This document shows, one piece after another, positions 27,700-37,735 of a stretch of DNA of 64,000 bases. The notes beneath the pieces were generated by a model. It was given only the letters and a program-made list of their open reading frames with translations, searched no databases and was not told where the DNA came from. The DNA comes from Chitinophagales bacterium (GTDB taxonomy: Bacteria > Bacteroidota > Bacteroidia > Chitinophagales > LD1), in the NCBI GenBank assembly GCA_016787045.1, contig JAEUVA010000031.1, positions 36,634 to 100,633 of the forward strand, written 5' to 3'. Position numbers and translations under genes: made by a program. Each line of letters starts with the position of its first letter. Position 1 is the first letter of the stretch.

Positions 27700-29125
27700 A
27701 CGACTTGCCAAAAAATCTGCGCAGGTTATTGCGGTAGTAATCTATGGCAAAAAAGCGAGAATCGGCAGACGCTTTAACCGTTAACAAAATACCAAGCGGG
27801 AGCAACAAAAATGTAGAAAGCCACATGCCGCTAAAGGCACTTAACACATCGTTTTCTGCCAGCTTTTCACCAATTATGGAGGTAACGTGGTAGAGCATGA
27901 AGAACAGTACCGAGTAAAACAGCGGCCAACCCAAACCACCTTTGCGAATAATGGAGCCAAGTGGTGCGCCAATAAAGTACAGCACCACACAGGCCACCGA
28001 TAAAGTGAATTTGCGATACACCTCTATCATGTGTTCGGTTATCTCGCGGTTTTTGTAGTGTATTTGTTTGGCCGATACATCGGCATAGTTTTTAATGTTT
28101 CGCGCTTTGTTCATGGCGCGCTCTACTACTTGCACCCGCGAGGTAAGGTCAAAAGCCGCCAGCGATGCCAGTAATCCGGTATCGCTGTAGTCAACAGGTG
28201 TTTTAACGGTAGCGCTGTCTTTTTCATATTTACGGATGTTGTAGTACGGCACTATGTAGCTGGCAAACGACTCTCCAAGTTTTACTTTATCATTATTCAG
28301 GGTATCCATTTCGCTCAACAATTGGTTGAGGTTGAGCATTTGCTTTAAATCTTTAAAAAAGTTTTCATCGGTGCGGCTCAACTGAAAGTCAGAGAGGTCA
28401 AAACGCTTCTCCCAGGTTTTGAATTGTGTATAAACCAGTTCGTGATTGTTTTCTTTAGCATCTTTAGGTTCTACTTCGCGGTATTGCCGTCCGTTTTCTA
28501 AGCGCATGGTTAGCGAGAGGGCTTCTTCATCTTGTATCATCACCCCCTTTTCAGCAATAATTACATGGTCGTTTCCGCGGCCACTACTGTGGTCATATAC
28601 GGTGATGTTAAATAGCGTATTGGTTTCATCATCCTTGCTTTCGGCTTTGATGTAGAAGTTTTCTATATCCTTAAAAAAAATGCCGGGCTTGATGGCCACT
28701 GTGGGTTTTTGGTGGCGGATATCATACAGTAGAGCACCGTACTTGAGGTTGGCTTTGGGTAACATGTAGTTAGAAAAAACAAATGCAAACACGCCAATGC
28801 CTATAGCAGTGAGCGTGAGTGCCCTCATAAAGCGCAATAGCGATACCCCGGATGATTTAATGGCCGTGAGTTCATAGTTTTCGCCCAGTGCGCCTAAGGT
28901 CATTATTGATGCGAGCAGTACCGCCAATGGTAGCGCCATGGGCACTAAACGTGCAGAGGCGTAAAGGAGCAATTCAAGTAACACACCGTTGCTTAACCCT
29001 TTGCCTACTAAATCGTCAATGTATTTCCACAAAAACTGCATCACTAACACAAATTGCGCTATGCAAAAAGTGAGGATGAACGGGCCAATAAAATTTTTGA
29101 GAATGAGTTGATCTAACTTTTTCAT
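27674..29125 (-). CDS. LptF/LptG family permease (YjgP/YjgQ)
   Basis: N-terminal MKKLDQLILKNFIGPFILTF is typical of LptF/G. It has TM clusters at both ends around a periplasmic beta-jellyroll-sized insert. Confidence 0.75.
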   Translation of the reverse strand: MKKLDQLILKNFIGPFILTFCIAQFVLVMQFLWKYIDDLVGKGLSNGVLLELLLYASARLVPMALPLAVLLASIMTLGALGENYELTAIKSSGVSLLRFMRALTLTAIGIGVFAFVFSNYMLPKANLKYGALLYDIRHQKPTVAIKPGIFFKDIENFYIKAESKDDETNTLFNITVYDHSSGRGNDHVIIAEKGVMIQDEEALSLTMRLENGRQYREVEPKDAKENNHELVYTQFKTWEKRFDLSDFQLSRTDENFFKDLKQMLNLNQLLSEMDTLNNDKVKLGESFASYIVPYYNIRKYEKDSATVKTPVDYSDTGLLASLAAFDLTSRVQVVERAMNKARNIKNYADVSAKQIHYKNREITEHMIEVYRKFTLSVACVVLYFIGAPLGSIIRKGGLGWPLFYSVLFFMLYHVTSIIGEKLAENDVLSAFSGMWLSTFLLLPLGILLTVKASADSRFFAIDYYRNNLRRFFGKSFTSLSVSR

Positions 29126-29177
29126 TTACCGGTGCTAAACGCTAAAATACTCCGGCAATTGTAACACAAGTAAATGA

Positions 29178-29555
29178 TTATGCGCCTATGGCGTGTTTCA
29201 GGTCTTCAATTTGTTTATCCCACAAGAAGGTCTGTTCTTTCACTTCTTTTGCATCAGCAAAATCGATTACTTCCAGTATGGTTTCATTGCTGATTTCGGA
29301 TTTGTACACTCTAAATGAAAAGAACTCATCTTTAGGGCTATCTTCCCAGTGGTATTTTACATAGTCATCTTCTACCCATTCTAATTGTTTGGCGCGCTGA
29401 AAAGAACCATTCCAACCAAAAATGAAAATATCGTTTTCGGCATCGCAGTAGTCAGAAAACCACTGAGCGAGATTGCTGGTTTGGGTTACAAATTCAAACA
29501 AAATAGAAGGAGAGGAGCGGATAATATACTCTAACTGAATTTTTTTACGAGCCAT
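29178..29555 (-). CDS. START-like / SRPBCC-fold small protein
   Basis: MARKKIQLEYIIRSSPSILFEFVTQTSNLAQWFSDY matches my memory of Bacteroidota START-like domain proteins. The start was moved to ATG 29555. Confidence 0.5.
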   Translation of the reverse strand: MARKKIQLEYIIRSSPSILFEFVTQTSNLAQWFSDYCDAENDIFIFGWNGSFQRAKQLEWVEDDYVKYHWEDSPKDEFFSFRVYKSEISNETILEVIDFADAKEVKEQTFLWDKQIEDLKHAIGA

Positions 29556-29654
29556 TTTTTGTGGTTGAGTGTGTGCGGTGCCTTGCGGCATTGGTGCAAT
29601 AGTAGAAAAATATGCAACACACCAAAACTATTTTAAATCGGTGTGCGGAAATAT

Positions 29655-30218
29655 CTACCGCTTAGGGAAGCGCATCTTGTAATCGGCATTGGTAATGCCT
29701 TTGGTAATGTTATCCAATTTTCGCTTTAGCAAACTTCTGCGCAGGGGCGAAATATGGTCTATGAAAAGCTTGCCTTCAATATGGTCGTATTCGTGCTGTA
29801 TAACCCGGGCGGTAAGCCCGCTAAACGATTTTGTATGTTTTTTGAACTTGCGGTCTAAGTATTCTATCTTGATTTGTGGCTTGCGTGCCACATCTTCGCG
29901 AATGCCGGGTATGCTCAGGCAGCCCTCTTCATAAGTCCAGGATTTTCCGTCTTCTTCCAGTATTTTGGCATTGATAAAAACCTCGCGGGTGGCATCGGCT
30001 TTGTCGGCATCATCGTCATCGTACATTCTGGAGGAGTCAATGATGAACAAGCGTATGGCTTTGTTGATTTGCGGTGCTGCCAAACCTACACCTCTGCTGG
30101 CTTCCATGGTCTCAAACATGTCGTCTATCAACTGTTGGAGTTCAACTGAGTCGGCCGATATTTCGTCAGCGGTTTTTCTTAAAATGCTATCGCCATAAGC
30201 TACGATGGGTAAAATCAT
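29655..30218 (-). CDS. def: Peptide deformylase
   Basis: Motifs GVGLAAPQ, EGCLSIPG and HEYDHIEG. The start was moved to ATG 30218 (MILPIVAYGD). Confidence 0.95.
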   Translation of the reverse strand: MILPIVAYGDSILRKTADEISADSVELQQLIDDMFETMEASRGVGLAAPQINKAIRLFIIDSSRMYDDDDADKADATREVFINAKILEEDGKSWTYEEGCLSIPGIREDVARKPQIKIEYLDRKFKKHTKSFSGLTARVIQHEYDHIEGKLFIDHISPLRRSLLKRKLDNITKGITNADYKMRFPKR

Positions 30219-30293
30219 TGCACACATTATTAAAGCGCAATATTAAGCCCTTTGTGGCATATCTACTTTACAAATTATTGAAATGAGCTGTAA

Positions 30294-30899
30294 TTAGTTG
30301 CCGGCTACAATGCCCGGGTCTTTGAGTTTTATCCAGGCAGGCACAGTAACCTCTACGTTTACCATACGGCCTTTAAGCCGAACTATGGGCATGCTTTCGC
30401 GCGGAAAACCCCACTTGCGCATTTTACAATCAAAGTCTGCACTTAGGTAAAATGCTCTGCGGTCTGGTGTCCACTCAATTTTAGTAACTCTGAATTTGGT
30501 TTGATTGGGTTCGTGGTAGTAGTCGTTTTTATCGTAATGGATTTCAATTTTGAGGTCGTTGGGTTCGCCTAAGGCACCATTTTCAAATGAGTATTCAAAG
30601 TCTATGTTTTCGGTAAATGGTTTACCATCATCGCCAATAAAGTTGTTGCCATAAAATATGAGCGATGTAGCCACCCGGTTCAACTCCCCTGTACTGTTGT
30701 TTTTCATGGTGCCGGTCTTGTTGACTAGCTCTGCCCGGTATTTATCATCATCGCGCATTTCAAACATATTGCCATTGAGTATAGCAAAAAAGTAGCCGGT
30801 GTTTTTATAGTGGCCGTTGTCATCTTCGGGCAGGGTGATAAATGACCCCGATACCAAAATACAGGCGGTCAGTATCAAATACGTAAATAGTTTACGCAT
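30294..30899 (-). CDS. Hypothetical lipoprotein
   Basis: Signal peptide with lipobox LTAC (MRKLFTYLILTACILV). I recognise no family. Confidence 0.5.
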   Translation of the reverse strand: MRKLFTYLILTACILVSGSFITLPEDDNGHYKNTGYFFAILNGNMFEMRDDDKYRAELVNKTGTMKNNSTGELNRVATSLIFYGNNFIGDDGKPFTENIDFEYSFENGALGEPNDLKIEIHYDKNDYYHEPNQTKFRVTKIEWTPDRRAFYLSADFDCKMRKWGFPRESMPIVRLKGRMVNVEVTVPAWIKLKDPGIVAGN

Positions 30900-30982
30900 A
30901 GCAGTAGGTTTATGTCAATAAATAGTAGGGCAAATACACTTTGCCGTACCACTTGTACGCGAGTGGGGGTATAGTTGTTACA

Positions 30983-32662
30983 CTATAGCCATTTCTCTAA
31001 GCCATAGCCATCTAAACGGTTGTGGTAGTAGTACAATAGCCGGAGGTCTTCGCTGCCGATGGTGTTGTTGTTTTTTGTAATTGGAGAAGCCGTGTGGTAC
31101 ATGTTGATGTTGCGCATGCCGTGGTCAATAATTTTATCTACGTTCCAGCGGAGTTCGGGGGATGTTATCACCTCTCCGGCATCGTACATTAGTTTTAGTT
31201 TTTCTTTGAGCGTGCTGATGGTTTCTGCTACTTCATCGTAAGGTAAACTGATGTCTTCGGAAGGGGTACGGAGCAGGGTAAACAAGTCAACGCCTTTGTA
31301 CTTCTTTTTCAAAAGTTCAAACACGGTGTAGCAAACCAAATGGCTGGTAAGTACCACATTGTAGCGGTGGTAGTTATCTACAATTCGCTCGCCCAATATG
31401 CGGGTGTATTCGGCATCGCGCTGTTCATCATCTTTTAGCTCACCATTGGTCATAAAGTAGTTCTTCACGTTAATCTGCTGCCCAAGGTGGTTGTAGCTGT
31501 TACCTTCGGCATCTACCTCATTGCCCAGCACATCCATCACTTCGCCAAACGACACGGAGAGCGATGAGGAGGCCGATATGAATTTGTAGATAAAGCGAAC
31601 GAGCTTAATGGAAGTAGAGTACTCATCGTTTTCTTTCAGAAATTTTTCTTTGCCTGTTTCTTTGAGGTAGTCGTTTACCAAGCCCGGTGCTTCTAACACA
31701 AAATGATAGTTGATAACGCACGGCACTACATAAATGCGTGGCGCTAATTCCTGGTTGTAATTTTTGTAATGTAGTTTTTGCGCCTCTACGGCTGTGCCCA
31801 GCAAACCGAGTTTAAGTTTCTTTTCAATGGCACCGGAGCGAGAACGGGTACCCCCCGGAAAAAATATACTGTGTGCACCGCGTTGCAGGGCTACTGTAGA
31901 ATAGCTTTTAAGGGTTTCTAAGTACACGCTGTTTTTCTTTCGCCTATCTACCTTGTAAGCCCCAAGGCGATTCATAAAGTAAGACAGCAAACCAATGCTA
32001 AACAGGTTTAGCCCGGCACCGTATGTAAAGGCGGGCAGCCCTAACTCGTTTAGCAGCCAGCCCACCATAATAGAATCCATGTTGCTAAAGTGGGTAGGCA
32101 CCACAACCACGGTACCCTTGGTGGCTAGATGGCGAATTTTTTCAATATCCCCGGTTATCGGAATTTTTTCGTGGAGGGTTTTTACATTTCCTGCAAATGT
32201 CTTGAACCATTTGCCGGGCGCAGCAGCTAATATTCTTCCAAAAAACTGGGGCAATATGGCTTTTGCAAAGTTGAAAGCATTAGTATCAAACTCACCCACA
32301 ATTTCATTGACATACCGATCAATAATTTCTTCTAAAATTTCTTGTTCGGTTATGCTGCTTGTTTCACCCAGCTTTAAAAATTTGCTTTTGATGCCTCCCC
32401 AAAACTGCCGCTCGTCTTTGGGGTCAGCTTTCCAGGGTTTTTCGGTAAGCCGTATGCGCTCTTGGTAGAGCACACGAGCCAGTTCGTCATTCAGCGATTT
32501 AGTGTCTTTGTAGCGCTGCAACAACTTGGCTTTTGTGCGCTGCTTTACTTCATCTACAAACTCTTGCTTATGCTCTGTAAGTTTAGAAATAGGCCAACTG
32601 CGTACATCTTCAATAATGTAGGGCAGTGGATAGTCTGTAGGGTTGTATTGGCGACCGCTCAT
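30983..32662 (-). CDS. PlsB/GPAT-like glycerolipid acyltransferase
   Basis: HX4D acyltransferase motif (PTHFSNMDS) and FFPGGTRSRSG block III motif; 559 aa. Confidence 0.7.
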   Translation of the reverse strand: MSGRQYNPTDYPLPYIIEDVRSWPISKLTEHKQEFVDEVKQRTKAKLLQRYKDTKSLNDELARVLYQERIRLTEKPWKADPKDERQFWGGIKSKFLKLGETSSITEQEILEEIIDRYVNEIVGEFDTNAFNFAKAILPQFFGRILAAAPGKWFKTFAGNVKTLHEKIPITGDIEKIRHLATKGTVVVVPTHFSNMDSIMVGWLLNELGLPAFTYGAGLNLFSIGLLSYFMNRLGAYKVDRRKKNSVYLETLKSYSTVALQRGAHSIFFPGGTRSRSGAIEKKLKLGLLGTAVEAQKLHYKNYNQELAPRIYVVPCVINYHFVLEAPGLVNDYLKETGKEKFLKENDEYSTSIKLVRFIYKFISASSSLSVSFGEVMDVLGNEVDAEGNSYNHLGQQINVKNYFMTNGELKDDEQRDAEYTRILGERIVDNYHRYNVVLTSHLVCYTVFELLKKKYKGVDLFTLLRTPSEDISLPYDEVAETISTLKEKLKLMYDAGEVITSPELRWNVDKIIDHGMRNINMYHTASPITKNNNTIGSEDLRLLYYYHNRLDGYGLEKWL

Positions 32663-32768
32663 GCTTTCAATTCGCGAGGGTAAAATAGGAATTTGCTGAA
32701 ACTAAACACCGCTAACTTATTGTAAGCGGCACACTTACTATTCAGCCAAACCCTTTTAGTTTAGCCCC

Positions 32769-33485
32769 GTGCAGATACCCGAAATACTTTTTGAAGACGA
32801 TTTTTTATTGGTAGTAAACAAGCCACCCGGCATAGCCGTAATACCCGAGCGGCAAGGAAATGCCGCATCGCTGTACGAAGTGATGCTGCAACACACACCT
32901 CACCTTTGGGTGGTACATCGTATAGACAAGCAAACGAGCGGTGTAGTGCTTTTTGCAAAAACAGAGGAGGCACACCGGCATGTTTCACTACAATTTCAGG
33001 AACATACTGTGGGTAAGTTGTACAAGGCAATTGTGCAAGGCAAACCCAAGGCACTATCTGGCGAAATTGATGCTCCAATTGCGGAGAGTATGACCAAGCG
33101 AGGAACCATGCTGGTACACGCCCGAGGCAAAGCAGCACTATCACTATACAACACTGCGGAGTCGTTTCGTCATGCATCGTTGCTGGATGTGGAAATAAAA
33201 ACCGGACGCACCCACCAAATTCGCGTTCACTTGGCACATATTGGTTGCCCTTTGTTAGTAGATGAAGTATATGCTAAAACCAAGGCGTTCTACTTTTCTT
33301 CTATCAAATCTAATTACAAATCAAGTGGTGAAACCGAGCGGCCTACAATAGCTCGGCTTACTCTGCATGCCTGTAAGCTGAGTATTGTGCATCCGCATAC
33401 CGGCCTGCGCATACATTTTGAAGCGCCATTGCCCAAAGATTTAGAAACTGTTTTGAAACTGCTTCGCAAATACGATAAAGTATGA
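32769..33485 (+). CDS. RluA family pseudouridine synthase
   Basis: Catalytic motif HRIDKQTSGVVLFAK and KTGRTHQIRVHLAHIG. GTG start. Confidence 0.9.
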   Translation: MQIPEILFEDDFLLVVNKPPGIAVIPERQGNAASLYEVMLQHTPHLWVVHRIDKQTSGVVLFAKTEEAHRHVSLQFQEHTVGKLYKAIVQGKPKALSGEIDAPIAESMTKRGTMLVHARGKAALSLYNTAESFRHASLLDVEIKTGRTHQIRVHLAHIGCPLLVDEVYAKTKAFYFSSIKSNYKSSGETERPTIARLTLHACKLSIVHPHTGLRIHFEAPLPKDLETVLKLLRKYDKV

Positions 33486-33832
33486 CCGTAGAAGAGCTTC
33501 GCGAGTTTGCACTTTCGTTGCCTTGTGCAACAGAAGATGTAAAATGGGAGAAGGACTTGTGTTTTTGTGTAGGTGCAAAAATGTTTTGCGTTACGTTTAC
33601 GGAGGCAAATCCGGCATCGGCTAGTTTTAAAGTGAAGCCCGAAGTATTTGATGAGTTGTGTGAGCGAGCAGAATTTGAGCCAGCGCCCTACTTGGCTCGC
33701 TACAAGTGGGTGCTGGTGCGCAATACTGATAAAATTTCTAAAAAAGAGCTGTTGGAGTTAATACGCATATCGCATCAGTTAGTCGGAGCTGCATTACCCG
33801 CCAAAACCAAGAAAGAAATTGGTTGGCGTTAA
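33482..33832 (+). CDS. MmcQ/YjbR family protein
   Basis: 116 aa with N-terminal LREFALSLPCATEDVKWEKDLCFCVGAKMFCV, typical of YjbR. There is an ATGA overlap with the rluA-family stop. Confidence 0.7.
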   Translation: MTVEELREFALSLPCATEDVKWEKDLCFCVGAKMFCVTFTEANPASASFKVKPEVFDELCERAEFEPAPYLARYKWVLVRNTDKISKKELLELIRISHQLVGAALPAKTKKEIGWR

Positions 33833-33842
33833 AAACAGTGCG

Positions 33843-34475
33843 ATGAAAAATCTATCCTTTATTATCTTGTTGTTTTTGGCTTGTGCCGGATGTAATCATT
33901 CCGCGAACAAAGAAACCATACACGAGCGCGTGGTGATAGTGCGCGATACAGTTTTTGTGAATAAGGTACAAGTGGTTTCAGATACAACGTACATTGCCCC
34001 GCAACCCCAAAAAACATCATCCCCCGCACCGGTTAAAAAAGAAACAACAATGCCCACAAAGGTTATCGTTAAAAAAGAAAGTCCAATCATTTCTACTCTT
34101 GACACCCAGTATCACTATTACATCAACAAAAAAGTTTCTGTAAAAATTACACCCTGGCAAAATTCAAAAAGTTATGTGTTGTTGTATGATTTGTACGGCA
34201 AAGAAACCTACCGTATGGAGCAATCGCGGATGCACATGCACAGTTCGGTAGATTTAAAGTTTCATGATAACGGTGCAGTGAGTTTAGCAACCATAAGCGG
34301 TCAACCGGACGGGGGGATTCAACGCTATAAAACGGTCATCACTTTTTCTACAGTAAACGAGCCACTACAAAAAAATAGCGAAGACGAAAATGAGTCGTTT
34401 ACCACAAAACCCAACCCCTGGTACTATTGGAATAAGCAAACCAAGCAATGGCAAAAGCAAGAGGTGATGGAGTAG
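33843..34475 (+). CDS. Hypothetical lipoprotein
   Basis: MKNLSFIILLFLACAGCNHS signal and lipobox. The start was moved to ATG 33843. I recognise no family. Confidence 0.5.
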   Translation: MKNLSFIILLFLACAGCNHSANKETIHERVVIVRDTVFVNKVQVVSDTTYIAPQPQKTSSPAPVKKETTMPTKVIVKKESPIISTLDTQYHYYINKKVSVKITPWQNSKSYVLLYDLYGKETYRMEQSRMHMHSSVDLKFHDNGAVSLATISGQPDGGIQRYKTVITFSTVNEPLQKNSEDENESFTTKPNPWYYWNKQTKQWQKQEVME

Positions 34476-34526
34476 CACAAAAAATTAACGTTAGGAGTTT
34501 ATATTCGCGCAACTCAAAAAACGCCC

Positions 34527-35750
34527 ATGTTTAAGCCCATTACATTTATCGTAGGTTTTGCACTCCTTTTGGCTTCTTGCAATAACTCTCCAAAGCAAGC
34601 TGCCAACAACGAACAGTTTGAAAAAGAACTGCAAGGAAAATTTATCAATGCCAAAGAAGGGGAGGTGATTGAATTGCCGGAGGGCAGTTTTCAGTTATCG
34701 CGTCCGCTGATTTTAGACGGGGTAAAAAACGTAACCATACGTGGCAAGGGTAAAGACAAAACCATACTTTCTTTCAAAAATCAAAAAGATGGTGCCGAGG
34801 GCATACGCGCCACAGCCGATGGAGTAGTGTTTGAAGATTTTACCGTGTTAGATGCTAAAGGTGACTGCATTAAGGTGCAAGATGCCAACAACGTAACCTT
34901 TCGCAGAATGAAGATGGGGTGGACATCTCTGCACGACCCCAAGAACGGTTCTTACGCCACCTATCCGGTGGGCTGCAACGGAGTTTTGATAGAAGATTGC
35001 GAAGTATTTGGCAGTAGTGATGCGGGTATATATGTGGGCCAGAGTAAAAACATTATTGTACGCAAAAATTATGTGCACGATAACGTGGCCGGTATAGAAA
35101 TTGAAAACAGTATAGATGCCGATGTGTATGAAAACATTTCTGAAAACAACACCGGAGGAATGTTGGTGTTTGACTTGCCAGATTTGCCTGTAAAAAATGG
35201 CTCGCGCTGCCGTGTTTACAACAATAAGTTTATCAATAATAACGTGCCCAATTTTGCAGTAAAAGGTACCACAGTGGCAGAGATACCTGCCGGCACCGGA
35301 GTAATTGTGATGGCCACCAACCAATGCGAAATTTTTAATAACGAGATTGCCAACAACAACTCTGTATCTGCCGCGGTGGTAAGTTACACTTCGCTAGGCA
35401 GGCCATTCAAAGATACTTTGTATGACCCCTACAGCGGTGGCATTAGTATTTACGACAATCGTATTACACCCGGTACAGGCAAACCGGACAATACGGTGGT
35501 TTTTGGCAAATTGTTTGAAGCCATTTTTGGCGATAAAGTGCCCGATATTCTTTTTGATGGAGAAATAAATCCTGCGTATCGCGGTAGCAATGGCACGGTG
35601 AAAGAAGAATACCGCATTTGTGTGCGCAACAACGGTAACGTTACTTTTTGTAACATGGACTTGGCCAACAAAGGTAAAGGTAAATCAACCGATGCTTCAA
35701 AATTTGATTGCTCGCTTCCGGCACTTACGGCTGTGAAGTTGAATTATTAA
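34527..35750 (+). CDS. Parallel beta-helix repeat lipoprotein (NosD-like fold)
   Basis: Lipobox LLASCNN. It has periodic Asn/Gly-rich beta-helix turns (VRKNYVHDNVAGIEIENS, VYENISENNTGGM, VYNNKFINNN, IFNNEIANNN). Confidence 0.6.
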   Translation: MFKPITFIVGFALLLASCNNSPKQAANNEQFEKELQGKFINAKEGEVIELPEGSFQLSRPLILDGVKNVTIRGKGKDKTILSFKNQKDGAEGIRATADGVVFEDFTVLDAKGDCIKVQDANNVTFRRMKMGWTSLHDPKNGSYATYPVGCNGVLIEDCEVFGSSDAGIYVGQSKNIIVRKNYVHDNVAGIEIENSIDADVYENISENNTGGMLVFDLPDLPVKNGSRCRVYNNKFINNNVPNFAVKGTTVAEIPAGTGVIVMATNQCEIFNNEIANNNSVSAAVVSYTSLGRPFKDTLYDPYSGGISIYDNRITPGTGKPDNTVVFGKLFEAIFGDKVPDILFDGEINPAYRGSNGTVKEEYRICVRNNGNVTFCNMDLANKGKGKSTDASKFDCSLPALTAVKLNY

Positions 35751-35774
35751 TAAAACATCTTTTTATGTTTTTAG

Positions 35775-35800
35775 ATAGCCGGCTTTTGCCGGCTATTTTT
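35775..35800 (+). terminator. Rho-independent terminator after the beta-helix gene
   Basis: Perfect 9-bp stem ATAGCCGGC / GCCGGCTAT, loop TTTT, followed by TTTTGTAT. Confidence 0.65.
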
Positions 35801-35827
35801 GTATCGGTCAAAGTCTATTTTTGCGCA

Positions 35828-37735
35828 GTGTTATTACCGCATCAAATACTTAAACAATATTGGGGCTACGAAAAGTTTCGTCCGTTACAGGAAGAAATTA
35901 TTCAATCTGTATTGCAAAGTAAGGACACGCTGGCGCTGTTGCCTACCGGAGGTGGTAAGTCTATTTGTTTTCAGGTGCCAGCCCTTGCTTTAGATGGCTT
36001 ATGTTTGGTGGTGTCTCCGCTCATTGCATTGATGAACGATCAGGTGCAAAACTTGCAGAAAAAAGGGATTAAAGCCGCTGCTATTCACTCCGGTTTATCA
36101 CTTAGAGATACCGATACCTTGTTAGACAATTGCGTGTACGGTAGCTACAAGTTTTTGTATGTATCGCCAGAGCGGCTAACCAACGAGATGTTTCGTGCTC
36201 GGTTGGCAAAGATGAAAGTTTCTCTGCTGGCAGTAGATGAAGCACACTGTATATCGCAATGGGGTTACGATTTTCGCCCACCTTACCTAAAGATTGCAGA
36301 AGTGCGAGCATTGTTACCAAATGTACCTTTAATTGCACTCACCGCAACGGCCACCTTACCGGTGGTGAATGATATACAAGAGAAGCTTTGCTTTAAATCG
36401 GGCAATGTTTTTCAAAAGAGTTTTGTGCGAAGTAACCTGAGCTATGTAGTGCGTAAATCAGCAGATAAACACCAGGCCATGCTACAGATATTGCACAAAG
36501 TACCCGGCACATCAGTAGTATATGTACGCAACAGGCGCAAAACAAAAGAGGCCGCAAACTTTTTACAAAAGCAAGGCATTAGTGCCGATTATTATCATGC
36601 AGGATTAACCGCTCCGGAGCGAAATAGCAAGCAAGAAGCATGGATTAAAAACAAAATACGCGTTATCTGCTGTACCAATGCTTTTGGCATGGGTATAGAT
36701 AAGCCCGATGTACGCACGGTAATACATTTAGACCCTTGCGAAAGTTTGGAATCGTATTTTCAGGAGGCAGGAAGGGCTGGCCGCGATGAAAAAAAAGCAT
36801 TTGCCGTTTTGCTGTTTGATTCCGCTGATGTATTGAACCTGCAAGCGCAAATAGAAAAAGGATACCCATCAGTAGAAACGGTGCGCGAGGTTTATGAAAA
36901 ACTGTGCACTCATTTTCGGATAGCAATGCATCATGGTACGGAGTTAGGGCCATTGATTTTTGATATAGGTACTTTTTGTGATGCTTACCGGTTTTCCCCA
37001 TACGCAGTGTTGCAGGCATTGCAGATTTTAGTTCAACATGAAGTACTCCATTTGTCTGAAGATTTTAGGGGAAGTACCAAAGTAAAAATGATTGCCGCCA
37101 AGGAGACGCTCTTTCATTTTCAGCAGCAAAACAAAAATTTAGAGCCACTCATAAAATTTATTTTGCGCACTGCAGAAGGTGTGTTTGAAGATGATGTAAG
37201 TATAGATGAGTTAGGGATAGCTGCGCGGTTGAAGATTAGTAATCAAGAGCTTGCATTGCAATTGCAGACACTGCATCGTTTACAGATATTGCACTATACA
37301 CCCAGAAAAGAATTGCCAACTATTTTTTTTCTACAAAACCGATTACCGGCAAATGAGTTGAGGTTAAACAGCGATTGGATACAACAGCGCAAGCAAAATT
37401 TTGAAGATAAACTGACCGCAGTAAAACAATACATCAATACCTCCTCCATTTGCCGTACACGCCAGTTGGTTAGGTATTTTGGAGAGACAATAGCAAATGA
37501 TTGTGGTGTGTGCGATGTATGTGTGGCCAGCAAAAAGGCAAACATGAGTAGTGTAGATTTTCAGCAAGCAGTAGAGCAACTCACCGGTTTGCTGCATGCA
37601 AAAAGTACAACTGTAAAAGGATTGGAATCGGTTACTAAAATGAAACACGAAGATTTTCGTTTAGTGATGGGTTATTTGGCGGATAATGGCCTTATTTACA
37701 AGAATCAGAACGATGAATGGGCATTGAGCCAATGA
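35828..37735 (+). CDS. recQ: RecQ family ATP-dependent DNA helicase
   Basis: Motifs LLPTGGGKS (Walker A), DEAHCISQWGYDFRP (DEAH box), TATAT, FGMGIDKPDVR and QEAGRAGRD, plus the C-terminal Cys cluster CGVCDVC. I chose GTG 35828 as the start, giving MLLPHQILKQYWGYEKFRP. The track start at 35708 overlaps the previous gene, and ATG 35765 would include the terminator hairpin. Confidence 0.85.
   Translation: MLLPHQILKQYWGYEKFRPLQEEIIQSVLQSKDTLALLPTGGGKSICFQVPALALDGLCLVVSPLIALMNDQVQNLQKKGIKAAAIHSGLSLRDTDTLLDNCVYGSYKFLYVSPERLTNEMFRARLAKMKVSLLAVDEAHCISQWGYDFRPPYLKIAEVRALLPNVPLIALTATATLPVVNDIQEKLCFKSGNVFQKSFVRSNLSYVVRKSADKHQAMLQILHKVPGTSVVYVRNRRKTKEAANFLQKQGISADYYHAGLTAPERNSKQEAWIKNKIRVICCTNAFGMGIDKPDVRTVIHLDPCESLESYFQEAGRAGRDEKKAFAVLLFDSADVLNLQAQIEKGYPSVETVREVYEKLCTHFRIAMHHGTELGPLIFDIGTFCDAYRFSPYAVLQALQILVQHEVLHLSEDFRGSTKVKMIAAKETLFHFQQQNKNLEPLIKFILRTAEGVFEDDVSIDELGIAARLKISNQELALQLQTLHRLQILHYTPRKELPTIFFLQNRLPANELRLNSDWIQQRKQNFEDKLTAVKQYINTSSICRTRQLVRYFGETIANDCGVCDVCVASKKANMSSVDFQQAVEQLTGLLHAKSTTVKGLESVTKMKHEDFRLVMGYLADNGLIYKNQNDEWALSQ

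Noticed and set aside
29556-29654. Hairpin CACACC-N17-GGTGTG after def, plus an exact TAnnTTTG (TAGTTTTG, minus strand) inside its loop. Also a longer START-like ORF starting at 29591.
   Set aside because: The stem is only 6 bp with a large loop, so it is a weak terminator. The promoter-like octamer could serve either start. I kept the MARKK start (29555) because it matches the usual N-terminus of this family. The evidence is insufficient to annotate either element.
32761-33237. 158-aa minus-strand ORF opposite the RluA-family gene.
   Set aside because: The plus-strand frame carries the catalytic HRIDKQTSG and HQIRVH motifs. The antisense product is Cys/Pro/Arg-rich and has no family resemblance.
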